Shown here: piece after piece, positions 1-23,790 of the stretch
Layout of the letters: each line of letters starts with the position of its first letter
Position numbering within the stretch: the stretch's first letter is position 1
NCBI GenBank assembly: GCA_964035545.1
Contig: OZ037768.1
Location: forward strand, 21,497,700 to 21,561,699
From: Bugula neritina
Taxonomy: Eukaryota; Animalia; Bryozoa
Length of the DNA: 64,000 nt
Reading direction: 5' to 3'
Position numbers and translations under genes: made by a program
Notes under the pieces: generated by a model
The model's input: the letters and a program-made list of their open reading frames with translations, nothing else
What the model was told of the DNA's origin: nothing
Database searches by the model: none

Positions 1-3000
1 ATTTAATGACAAATCATCAAATTGGGTTAAAAACTTGTTAAAGTTTTGAAAAACAGCTGAATTTGTAGACTTTGAGAGTTCCGCAATTGGCGATGCTGGA
101 CAGGTGTTTAGACTTTCAATGCCAAGTGATGTATTGGAGTGGTCTGAGCTGTTCACCTCGACCAAATTACAGGCAGTGAATGAATTTGATGGTGACATCT
201 GAACAGGCTTTTGAGAGCTTGGTAAACTTAGAATGTTATTTAGAGGCTGATCACTTAGAGAGTCAAACTTTTCTTCTGATTTTTGAGAAAGTTGTGCAGC
301 AGGAAGTTTTTTTGAGCTTACTGGCTGTTTGATGCCAACAACTTCTTGACAGTCATTTAAACATTTGATACTGTTTGTGTTTAAGACTTTGTTAGTAGTT
401 GCATCATTGGATGATTGCTGTAGATGGTGTGAAAGCTGACATTTGGATGGCTGTTGAGACTCGTGAGAATGTTGGCAGCCGGCCACTTCATAAGAATTGT
501 GTTGAGAGCTCCGAAATTTCTGATCACTCAATGTCTTTGTAGCATCAAAAGAACGTTGACAAATATTTTCAGAAATAGGTGTCATTTGAGAACTAGGATT
601 ACACCCAACACTAGGTGTTTGTTGAAGCTTTCGCAATGTTGAACTTTCAGACAAGGAGTGTTGACCATCTTGACAACTTTCGAAGGTAGGTATTGTTAGA
701 ACATTATTTAAGGCACTACCATCGAATGTTTTAATAGAGGATTGTCTGAAATTATCAGGGCATATGCAGCTAGGTGTCTCCAATAATGGGAGTGAAACTT
801 CAGCCATAGCTGCTGTTTCCAAACTGAGTCGACTTTTGTTACAAAAGGAAGACTTAAAAGAATCAGCACTATTGCATAAACTATGTTTGATACCTTGAAA
901 ATTTAAAGATCTTTGAGAAGAAGACAGTGCTGCATTAGATAAATACTGGGAGACAAGTGTACTTTCTAAGCTTGGTGTCAGAGTGGAATTTCGCAAACTT
1001 CCAATACTGACGGTCGTTTGAACCTCATGCAAGCTGGGCAAAGATGAAGAATTTTGAGGTACCATTAACTTCTTATCAAGAGGAAGCTGTCGAGTATCAT
1101 AAAGATCTTCCATACTAAATGTTATTCGAGTATCATGTAAACTTTCAGTACTGGGTGTTCTGGGAGATGAGCATCTGTTCATACTATGAGATCGAGCAAT
1201 GCTCGGGGTTGTTGAAGCATTTAAGATTTCAAAACTAGAACCCTGTGTGTCGTCTGAAATTTGTTGAACAGAAGGTATAGTGTCAATATTCTCTAAATTT
1301 TGTAAAGCATACGAATTGAAGATGGGTGTCATTTGAGAACTATGCAAACTTCCCATACTAGCAGACTGGTGTAGTGTAGGGGTACTGGATCTTCTTTGAA
1401 GTGTGTTAGATTTTTGATTTGCAGAAGAGTGAAAACTCTCAAAACTATCTATACTAATTAGCTCTTGAGAATTGTTTACAGCATTACCATCAGGTGTTTT
1501 GGCAGCCGACTCTCTGCCTAAACTGTGTAAAGATGCTGTGCTGGGTGCAGTTATCTTATCAAATGACAAGCTAGAAGCTTTTAGATCATAGCTAATTGGA
1601 ATCTCAGAAACATTTTGGTTCTGAGGTGAACCCTGAAAACTTCCTGGAGTTTTCATAGAATATTGAGAATTGCACAAAATTGATGGAGTCATCTGAGAGC
1701 TATGTAAACTTTCAACACTAGCTGTTAGTGGAAGAAAAACTTCGGGAGATTTTGAAGGTGTGCTAGAACCCTCAGGATTTAGAGAGCGTTGATCAATAGT
1801 AATTTTCCCTAAGCCAAACAATTCTTGAGAAATGTTACAGCTTTGAACACTAGGTGACCTTGCAAGAGTATGTTTTTCTAAATAACAAGAGCATGTTGAA
1901 ATTGTTGATCTTGACATACTGTGTGAAATTTCAGATTTTGGTGGATTTTGCAAATTTTCTTCAATATTTATAGATTCATCAGTTTGGTCATTACAAATCA
2001 GAACAAATTTTTTGTTATTTAAAAGTAATTGGGAGGGTGGAGTCATTGCAATGCTAGATAAAGATTGAGAAGACTGTACACTTTTTAAATCGGGTGTTAA
2101 TTGAGAACTACGAACACTCCCTACACTACAGATTTGTTCAAGGGCATGTGAGTTGTTTAATAACGGTAATGATTTAGGTTCGCTTAAACTTTTGAGTTTG
2201 ATAGAGTTTTGAACACTGCAAACACTTTTCAAGCTACTTGATAAATCAGCACTTGTTAGGTTTTCAACTGGAGTATGACAAGAAGAATCTCTCTTCAAAC
2301 TATGACAACACGTGATGCTGTCATTGTGTGGAGTCTCGGTGGTCTCATTTCCATCCTTTTCCAGGCTATGTGAAACATCAGCACTTGTTATATTTTCATC
2401 TGGTGTATAATAAGAAGAATCTTTCTTCAAACTATGAGAGCATGTGATGCTGTGACAGTGTGTGGTCTCAGCAGTTAAAGTTTTTTCATCATTTTCCAGG
2501 CTAAGTGACACATCAGTACTTGCTAGGTTTTCATCTGGTGTATGGCAAGAAAAGTGTTTCTTCAAACTATGGCCTGTGATGCTGTGATTGTGTGAGGTCT
2601 CGTTGGTTGAAGCGTCGTGAGCAATTTCCATGCTAAGTGACACATCAGTACTTGCTAGGTTTTTATTTGGTGTATAACAAGAAGAATGTTTTTTCAAACT
2701 ATAAGAGCACGTGATGCTGTGATGATGTGGCATATTAGTGGTTAAAGTGCTTTCATAATTTTTTAGGCTAAGTGAAACATCAGTACTTGCTAAGTCTTTG
2801 TTTGGTGTATAACAAGAAGAATCTCTCATTAAACTATGTGAAAACGTGATGCTGTGATTATGTGGAATTTCAGGGGTTAAAGTATTTTCGTTATTTTCCA
2901 TGCCAAGTGACACATCAGTACTTGTGAAGTTTTCATCTGGCGTATAACAGGAAGAGTGTTTCTTCAAACTATGACGTGTGATGCTGTAATTGTGCGAGGT

Positions 3001-6000
3001 CTCGTTGGTTGAAGCCTCTTGGACACTTTCCAGGCTAAGTGACACATCAGTACTTGCTAGGTTTTCATCTGGTGTATAATAAGAAGAGTGTTTTTTCAAA
3101 CTATGGCGTGTGGTGCTGTGATTGTGTGAGGTCTCGTTGGTTGAAGCCTCTTGAACATTTTCCAGGCTAAGTGACACATCAGTACTTGCTAGGTTTTTAT
3201 TTGGTGTATAACAAGAAGAGTGTTTCTTCAAACTATGACGTGTGATGTTGTGATTGTGTGAGGTCTCGTTGGTTGAAGCCTCTTGATCATTTTCCAGGCT
3301 AAGTGACACATCAGTACTTGCTAGGTTTTCATCTGGTGTATAACAAGAAGAATGCTTCTTCAAACTATGAGAGCACGTGATGCTGTGAATATGTGAGATC
3401 TCAGCAATTGAGTTTTCTTTAAAATTATCAGAGCCCAACTCAGCATCATGCGAGCCTTGAGGTATGTGTGTAACCATTATACTAGGCAAAAGCTTGGCTT
3501 TTGAAATTTTTGTATGATCTTGAGAGACATCAGATTCAATACTTTCAAAACTTTTAGAAATTTGAAACAATTGCTGATTATTTGGAGAGTTACTAATACT
3601 TTGAAATTCTGGTTGATGCATACTAGTAGGTGAATAGGGCCTAATTGGTGAAAGTGATCTTTGTGAATATTGATTTGCACATTTTGAAACCTTTGGCAAT
3701 TGGGGAGTAATATAACTAGCAGAATTTTTTGACTTTTTAAAGCAAGGTGAGTTAGAAATTGAGATTGTTTCTTTCAAAGTTTTTAATTGGTAATCTGTTT
3801 GTAGAGCTTGCAGGCTCTTAGACTTTCGCAAACTTTGAAGCTTGTTTTGAAAGCCAGTCAATTTATTCAAGTGCATAACAGCGCAGAAACCTGTTACTGG
3901 CACAGAACCTTGAAAAGTCTTTGTTGTATGAGGTTTTGGCAGAGGTTGGTTTAGAATAGATGCCTTTGATTTTTGTGAGCATTGGGAGATTTTAGGGTTT
4001 AGAGATTTGGGTTGATTCAAAGCTTTTAAAGGACTCGGCCTGTTCCATGATCCACAATTATTCAATAACTTTGGAGAGCCTTGGAGTGATGATGAACAAG
4101 CTTTGCTAGAACTATATGAATTTCGAAGACTTTTAGTTTCTGCTAATTTTAAAGAATTTGTTTGTTTGGCGTTTGAACAATGTTGAGACCCAGACAAAGA
4201 CTGTATAGCCTTAAAATGGCTAGAGCCCGACAACTCTACAGAATCAGGGATGCTTTGAAAACTATTCAATTCATCTGTATGAGAACGCCATTGAATACTT
4301 GGCTGCAAGCTTCCGGCTTGATTGGGAATATGTGGACTGGTTGGTGACTTCTGTTGTAGTAGCAAAGGAGTATTTCTGTTGAGCGATTGCGGAGAACTCT
4401 CAGATTGTGACAAACCTTGTAACTGATTCAAACCAGTACGATGTTTGTCTGAAATTTGAGGAACTTTGCTGTGAAGGTTTTCATTTTGAAAAAGTGCTTT
4501 TGGAGATTTGGTAGATGATTGTTTGGAATATACCATCTGCTGCAAACTCCCATTTTGTGAATAGTGAGAGTGGTTTTGCAGCCTTCGTTGAGGTGAAACA
4601 TTGCTTTGAGGCTTAGTAAGGGATCCAGCAGAATTTTGGAAACGACGAGGGTTTCTGAAGAAACAGGAAACATGTCATGCTTACTAAAAAAATTTTACGT
4701 TTTAGCAAGTCAATTTGGCAAACTTTAAAATAATACAAACTGTAAACAGATGTGCTTTATTTATCTATTGCAAGGGTGTGAGCCATGGCACTCCATTTGT
4801 GCTGATGAGAGAATAAATCCTAATACAGAAATTATAAAAAAAAACATTCTCCTCAAAATGTTTTATAAAAACAGAAAACTGGTCAGCAAATATAAGAAAT
4901 AAAATCTAGTTAACAATCTTATTAATACACAGCAACAAATAACAACTACTAAAGTTATTAGCATATTGTATAAACATGTGGTAGAGAACTTGATAGAGGT
5001 TCCCCTTAAACTACTAAGTGATTTGGTAGTATGAGGGCTCAAACCTCACTAGTAGCATGTAATTTGAAATACAAGTGCCTAGCTTTCACAGACAGTCTAC
5101 TGAACCTACACGAGTTAACCTCAGAGGATCAACCTAATACAAAAATGAAACATAAAGCAGAATTGCTAACTTCTCGGGCAAGAAGAAGTTACCTTAGTGG
5201 CAGCTGTTTGTGAGTTTTGGGGTCAACGCTGTTCCTGGGAGAAAAACCAGAGCTTCTCCTGGAGCTAGAGCGTAAGAGCTTCTGTTGTAAGTGTGACACC
5301 TGTCTAGACTCAGTTGCTTCTAAGACTCGGTGCTTCCGTAGAGTTTCTTTATTCTGAGTGCGGGACTTTGCTATGTGAAAAGTAAAGTAAATGTGTCACT
5401 TTTTCTAGTAAGTAAAGAAACTGCAGAATAATGTTATGACAACCTAACAAATTTAAATATCCTCACTTAAAACTCCATTCCATACTCGAGACAAATTGCT
5501 TGCGGAAGAAATATGCAATAAACAAGAATAAAAATGTCTAAAAACACAACGATATTATTTATAACATAGATAATCCAACAAGAGCCTGTATCAGACAGAT
5601 GACCTTTAAATTTTACAGAGCTAGGCCGTCAACTCAGAAGATTCATATTAGATTTTTATATAAAATTGAACATAAAGCTCTTTTTACTATGAAAAATCAT
5701 AATAGTAATAGTAATATATATACAATCAACTTCTCTACTCTTGGAGTATAATACCAAGTGAATTTATCAAAAGCAGAATAGAAGAACACAAATCTTTGAT
5801 ATTAACTCACCTCTTTCTTGCATTAGCTTCGAAAGAGTAGGCCCATGTAACCGAAATTCTACAAACATATGGATGACATTAAAAACACCCTTGAGCTTCA
5901 GATTATAATAAACTATTACCAGCACATAAACGGTAGAAAATACATGTGGCCTACAGTTTAGTAATTTGGATCTATTGAAAAATGACTCCACATATCTGCA

Positions 6001-7439
6001 TAAAGATGTATGGTAATAATACCTAATGGACTTGGGCAGAATATTTTTCCGTCAAAGTAATAAAATTAGAGCATGCTTGATATCAGTAAGATATATGACT
6101 CAAATATTATATGATTAGATTTCATGCAATTGCAACAAACATTGAATATATTATTATTCTTTCAGACAAACTTTTAGCTTTATGTTGACTTTTCTTGTCT
6201 GCTAGCTGCTGCATTGCCGAAAACCTGCTCAGAACGGGCATGTGTTGTCGAGAAGGAGCTGGAGACTTTTCTGTTGGATGCAGCGCCAAATTTGATTGGT
6301 TGGATCTTTTTCCTCGAGTAGGTGAGAGAGCATCTGAGGGCATCTTTGGTAATACATGAAAACATGAGTATAGCCTTCTTTTGAATCAAATAGTATAAAC
6401 ATTGCAGTGTTGAGTTTACTCAGTGGCCCATGTGGTGTAATGGTAGCATAACCTGCTTGAAAGCCGGAGGTCTTGGGTTCGAATCCCAGTGGGGGCAAAA
6501 GTTTTATAAATATTATTACAGATAAAACATGTTACTATGGTGAGTAAGAGAGTGCGTTGATCTAGCAAAAGGTTACATTAGCAATTCAAATGAAATGTTT
6601 AAATAACTTCATCTCTGAAACTTTACATAGAACAAAATTAACATAATGCAACAATGGAATATATCCCATACGCACAAGAACAACTTGAAATCGAAAATAG
6701 CTTTGGTACTTTACATTATTTCTGAAATTAAAATGTCTCATGCCACATATATCATTTTATCAAAAAGGCCTCTTTGCGTTTGCTATATTAACTCCTGTAC
6801 CAAGCTTGGTAAATCTTACTCTCATCAGAGTGAAACAGAACTTCAGAACAAGCAGAACTCGAGGTCACACTAATAATTTTCCAAAAATTATTTAAATAGG
6901 CTATAGCCATTTTGCTTATAAGTTTTTAACGCAATCTAAATTATAACAAAGTTTTACCTTATCAGATATTAACTCGTTCTGTTTCTGTACCAAATGTTGT
7001 TGGTAAGCTGCATTCATCTGCTGACGTAAGTGATTGACCTAAAATTGAGAAATATTTATTTTAACACATTCAGCATACACTATCAGTTCTGCTATAAAAT
7101 GACAAATAGCTAGTATTTTATATCCAGTAAGCATGTGATATATATGCCAGTAAACTCTGGTAGGAATAGCAAAAATTCATATAAAACATAACCGATTGCT
7201 TTTTGTTATTAAAAAACTACCTTTCTAATGGTTGGCATAGCAGCCTTTTTCCTATAAGTTTCTTGACTTCCTTGACTTGTGATGAGTGACTTAGTCTGCA
7301 TTTCTACTCCCACACCTAAAGGTGATCGAGTGAGCATATCTGTAGTTGCCTTGTGAACTTTGTGTCGGAGAAATAGACGCCCGTTACTGAGAGCTTTATT
7401 TCTTGATGTCGAAACTCTTTCTCTTTTTCTGACGCTCAT
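1..7439 (-). CDS. Uncharacterised large Ser/Gln/Leu/Lys-rich low-complexity protein, 3' end beyond the window
   Basis: Phase-consistent exons 7439-7221, 7038-6958, 6343-6172, 5370-5193 and 4654-<1. The last exon is open in every stretch I translated (about 1550 codons in total) and is absent from the ORF track, consistent with no stop before the window edge. Exon 3 boundaries are the least certain. No domain recognised. Confidence 0.75.
2235..3410 (-). repeat. Coding tandem repeat, about 9 copies of 132/135 bp (44/45 aa)
   Basis: Anchor CACATCAGTACTTG recurs (with variants) near 2374, 2509, 2641, 2776, 2911, 3043, 3175 and 3307. Peptide consensus is about HSITRHSLKKHSSCYTPDENLASTDVSLSLENVQEASTNETSHN. 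Confidence 0.9.
6395..6497 (+). mobile_element. tRNA-derived SINE-like repeat, family A (pseudo-tRNA head)
   Basis: A box TGGTGTAATGG and B box GGTTCGAATCC with an intact T-arm, but a mismatched acceptor stem and a non-canonical anticodon arm. A related copy lies at 62695-62781 (minus). Confidence 0.6.
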
Positions 7440-9109
7440 TTTGGCTCAGTGAGTGTTTGATTTCAGCGATTAGTTTAATTTGAAAATGAAAATTGACTCA
7501 AAAAATTGGTGAAACGTCATCGAAAGTGCTGTCAAAAATAAATAAAGGTTATGTTTATATTCTAAACGACTAAAATAACACTATGCGGTCTTAAAAAGAC
7601 TAAAAACATTATTTATGAGAGGTCTTTTGCCATTCGGGATTTCCTATGACGAAATGAAGCCGATACTAATACAATCTATTCATTAAAGAAAGTAGTAGTA
7701 CTTGTAGGTTGCTGATTAGCCTTAAACAATAATGCTTTTTAAGACAGAGTTAATGGAGTTTTAGTCGATTTAGAGTCCTGTGTGTAAATCCAGTTTATAT
7801 TGATGATATAATAAGTGCTAGAGTTGAGCAGAGGATCTCTTTAAGAAGTTCAACAACTATAATATAGACACCGACAGTTTTAATAACTATGGGAGAACAA
7901 ATATTTAAAATATATTAATATATTATAACATTAAATTTTTTTCAAGTAGGTATTAATATAAATACAAGTCAGAAGTTCAAAACATGACAAAATTCTATAA
8001 ATTAATTAGAATATTAGTGAGTCAACTAACCTGATAATCAGACAAGAGACAAAACTCAACTCTACATAACCCTATTCAGTATTCTTGGTTGTCATCTTAG
8101 AATTCTAGACAAATGACCTCTTTCTAAGTCTGTTTTACTATAGAAAGGTTAAATAAAATGAGACATCAATGAAAGCATTGTTGAAATTATTTTGAGTGTA
8201 ACACTTGAAGTTTTGCTTCATGTAGCCAGTATGAAGACTCTTTTATTTGATATTGTCTGCAACATTTGAATAGTCTACAGATAATAGATTTAAAAAAAAT
8301 GTTTTTAATTTCGTTGCAGATGCATGGGCAGTTTACAACCAGCTTGCTGGACAGAAAGACTTTACCGACTTTGAAACTGCTTTTAAACGTAACAAATTCA
8401 AAGTGAAAACTGAAAAGCTTACAGTTGTACTCTAAAATTCTTTATTTGTAAAATCGAATTACGAAAAGGAAAAATAGAGCAATTTATTTTCTTAAATATT
8501 GGCAATACTAATATAAAATACCATGACTGAAACTTTTTTTTTAATTTTTATATTATTCATATTACAAAAAGAATACCTATATTTCCCATATACATTGTAA
8601 AAAGATAGGAAGATTATTAAAAGCAGTAACTACAACAGACAGAGGTGAATAAATACAGACCAGGCAACCTCAACAAGATAATAATATAATCATAGTGAAC
8701 ATAAAATTTAAAGCAAACAAAACAACGTAACTTTTAGAACGTAACAAGAAGTATAACACTTGGGGCTCAGACTGAACTAAATAATGTTAGAAGTCTAACC
8801 ACAGTTAGCTTCCACTTTGATTCTAATCGATTTAGCTGAAAACTATAGAAAATAATTGAATCTAGTCTCTTTCAGTGAACACAACTTTTACAACAAAAGC
8901 TGTGGTGTGGTGCCCAACAGTTATAGAATGTAGGCATTAAATAGGTAGACTAAACATGCATAAGAAGCTAAAATAAGAAAATGTCACAGGCATCCAGAAC
9001 TTAATCAGATGGGTCAATAGCACAAAAGATGATAATGTCAGTAGATGAAGGCAGCAAAAAACTTTTGCATTGTATGTGTGTGAGACGAAACTGCAGAAGA
9101 AAGAGATCG

Positions 9110-9330
9110 TGCAGACACCTATTTTAGTAAAGAAATTCAGAGTTTGGTAATAGAAGAGTAAAAAGCCCAGTGTGTGAGTATTTCACCACTAGATGGTGGA
9201 AGGCAACGGTGGTGTTGCAAAGTGCATGCAGACACATATAATAGATGCAGACACATAAGATAGCAGAGAAATTAAGATGTTTGGTAACAGTAGAGGAGCC
9301 CAGTGTGCTAATATATCACCACTAGATGGC
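9110..9330. repeat. Two imperfect copies of an approximately 85 bp direct repeat downstream of the UBA5 stop (probable 3' UTR)
   Basis: TGCAGACAC...GTTTGGTAA...AGCCCAGTGTG...TCACCACTAGATGG at about 9110-9197 and 9246-9329. Confidence 0.7.
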
Positions 9331-9408
9331 ACCACGTGACGGTAGAAAGTAGCATGGTGATGAAGGTGATGATGGGAGATACCAGCTGCTGTGACTGTAG
9401 TTGTCTTC

Positions 9409-20684
<11,276 letters not shown>

Positions 20685-21364
20685 TTTCAAATAAGAAATA
20701 AAAGAGAGCAAACTAATCATTTAAAAATTGAGCTACAGTGCAGTTTCGTGGGTCTTTGAAATAAGCACTGCCAACTGAAAGTGTTAGAGTATTAACCAAC
20801 AGGTCAAGCTTTTTCTTCTTCAGGCGTGATAGGTTACCGAGGACGTGGAATCATAGTTGGGGTGTACTAAAGTGTTTTTAGTAGTTTAAGGGCGTTTATA
20901 ATGATGCCCTTAAACTATTAGATTGAATAATCAGCTTTTCACCACGACTTCTCAGTCACTGTACTATTGATTTTATATCGTCCGTGGTATGATTCTCCAA
21001 CAACTACTGAAGAGCTAAATTTACTTCCATTCACCACTTTAACGGGTGTACCCATCGGACAACTTCACTATCGCCACCGACAGAATCTTTGCTAAACAAA
21101 GAGAGGATCACTCCTATACTATTACAGTTATTGTCATTTGATTTTGTTTAAAACTCTATAAGAACGAGAATTTGTGATGCTTTTTTGTTTCATTTATTTA
21201 TTAATTGATATTTCATAAAAATCGTTTTAACGTAAATATAACATTAGTATGACACAGTATACGAATGCTTGCAGTAAAAATTAGATACTCTGCCCAAGAG
21301 TTGAGAAACATCATAGTATTACAACAAATCTAGTTATAAGAAATATTACATTCAACATCAAACT

Positions 21365-23790
21365 CTAGGTCCAACTTTTAGTAGAGTTTAAATGCAATAG
21401 AGCTTCGTATGTAGTGTAGTGTTTGGGCATTTTCTCAACAACTCTGTCATGAATGTCTTTGAGTTCTTGCTGAGCAACCTTTTGTTCTTCAATCTTCTCA
21501 AGTTCAGCATCTTGCTCCTGCATTACATAAAAAATTTCAAAAACCAACTGAAACAAATATACGCATTTGCAATACCCAACATTCCATAGTAAACCAGTAA
21601 TTTAATAAGGTGATAATATATTACAAATGTACCAATTAGCGTATTATAAAATAAATTGAAAAGCAAATGCGATTAAAAATAATCCTATTGTTTTAAAATC
21701 TTAAAAAAATGCTGAATGATGCTTATACAAAATTGGAAAAGCTATAATTCTTTTCATTTAGAATAAGATTTGTAGTTTAGAGAAAAATCTCACAATATAA
21801 TAAAATACTTACGGGCGTGAGAAAAGGTCTAGACAAAATCTGAATATTTTCATGTTCTCGGATCATATCATGAGCTGCTAGATATTTATGATGGCCATGT
21901 ACAATAACTCTAGCTCGGTACTTTCTACAAATAGTTAATGAAAGATATGTGAGTGATACAATGTTATGACTGAATCACCATCATGTAGTAGTTAATGGCT
22001 TCCAGATGTATGAGTGCCTCTTTTTATTGACATGAAAATAAATTAGTCGCTAGCAAGTTTATATTAAAATCCAACTATGTGTAACTTTTAAAGATGAACT
22101 ACAATTACTGATCTTGCACCAAGTGAAACTAGTAAAAACATTGGATATAATTGAATAATCAGATAAAAATGTACAATAACTTATCAGTTTAGGATTTATA
22201 TAATGAATTAAAAGTACAAACTTAAAAAAAATTACGGTGGTAATGATTTGAATATTTGTAGCATAAGCATGCAAACTTTTGAGTAAAATAGGTTGAAGCA
22301 ATTAGATTTTGCCATTAACTGCAGAGTAACGCTATTTTTCCTTACTGGCACATACACATGTAGCACTTCACATTGAATTCATAATGAATGTAAAGCAAAG
22401 CCTTCATTGTGGCACTTTTTAAAGTGTGTTTAACATTTCAGTAAAATAGTACTGTTTGGTGTGTCTAATTTTTTTCTATAGTCATAAATTAATGGTACTG
22501 AAAACTGCAAGAGTTTAACTTATTTGTAGTAGAAGTGAAATTTGGCAGTCTCCTAGTTGTTCCTAATCTTAAACAGAGCAGCATGCATCCTAATGCTTTT
22601 TGAATAAAACATGACGGTGTCTTTCTTTTTGTAATAAAAAACTACTGCAACAAGTAGGCTAACAGTGATCAGGGTTTTTTTTCAAGAACTAAAACTTTGC
22701 CTGCTTGCAAAAAGTAGTAATTCAGCCATTGATGCTAATTTAATTTCTAATCAATACTCTAGCATCAAAAAAAAGCTCTAGCAAGTTTATAGTCGCTACC
22801 CCCCCCCCCCCCCCCCCCGAGAGAAACTCCTGATGAAAAAAGGGTTTTTGTTAAAGCAGGCTAAGGACTTATTTAAATGAGGCACAGGAGCAATAATGAC
22901 TGGATGTTCTTCCAAACATCACCAATGGCCTTTGTCGGGTTCGAACTCATGACTTCGTGTTCACAAAGCAAATGCTCTAACCCCTAGACTACGGCTGCTC
23001 CCTAATATTATAGCATGTAGTTTAAAACTGGTCTCTTATTTCATGCATACACTATTAATATTATTAGTATCTGTAGTTGACACATCTCATAAAGAAATAT
23101 TTATCAATTCTACAAATTATTACTATTACTATTAGGTTAGGTCTTTTAATAAATGAGTTAGATCTCATAAGTTTTAAATAACATTTGCAACATTTGCACA
23201 TTGTTCTACACTGAAATACAAATATCAATATGTTTATTTACACTGACACATGCTTGCAGTTTAAGTTTTTCCTATTTTAGGAGTAATTCACAGCAACAAT
23301 TTCTTTTCTATATCATAATCATTTAGTATTTGAAACATAATTTCATTGGTGGTTGGATACGTTAGTGTTGATGAGATTATATCATATTCTGATATTCATA
23401 TTCATATTGATATAATAGGTAAAAAAAGTTGTTCAAAGATACTTAGCTAGTAACTTAGCAGATCATGTAATCTTCAGCTGTTGAGGTGTCTACCACTGGC
23501 ACTAGAAACAGAGCCTATGACTATGAGTATGAGTATGACCCTAGGCCTACAGCCTACAGTAGTGATACACTAGCAGTAGTGCTAGTAAGTAGTAATACTC
23601 TAATAGATGTAGTACTACTAGCAAAAGTTTGATAAAACTCTATATAGTTCTAAAATTAAATTCAAAATTAATTTAAAGTTATTGTTAAGCTTTCGTTCAG
23701 TTTCACTTTCACTTTGTCTTACCCGATAGTCACTTTTCCTGGAATTTTCTGTCTATTTACATAATAAAGCAAAGCAGATGTAAGCCTCAT
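21365..23790 (-). CDS. MRPL57: Mitochondrial ribosomal protein mL63 (MRP63), 110 aa, 3 exons
   Basis: Exons 23790-23723, 21924-21813 and 21517-21365 give MRLTSALLYYVNRQKIPGKVTIGKYRARV...EHENIQILSRPFLTPEQD...KMPKH...LLHLNSTKSWT. This matches the recalled mL63 pattern (IPG..WIGKHR, EN...LS.PY.T.EQE, L.HLNVTKKW). Confidence 0.88.
22858..23002 (-). mobile_element. tRNA-derived SINE, family B
   Basis: A box TAGTCTAGGGGTTAG and B box GTTCGAACC, then body GGCCATTGGTGATGTTTGGAAGAACATCCAGTC. Homologous copies at 31744-31880 and 39495-39625. Confidence 0.75.

Noticed and set aside
6426-6497. Functional tRNA gene (apparent TGA anticodon)
   Set aside because: The acceptor stem has an A-G mismatch and two G-T pairs, the anticodon loop is 6 nt with a mismatched stem, and a degenerate related copy exists elsewhere in the window.
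8320-8435. Possible terminal exon on the plus strand (AWAVYNQLAGQKDFTDFETAFKRNKFKVKTEKLTVVL*) after a good acceptor
   Set aside because: I found no phase-compatible upstream exon with a start codon and recognised no homology; left unannotated.
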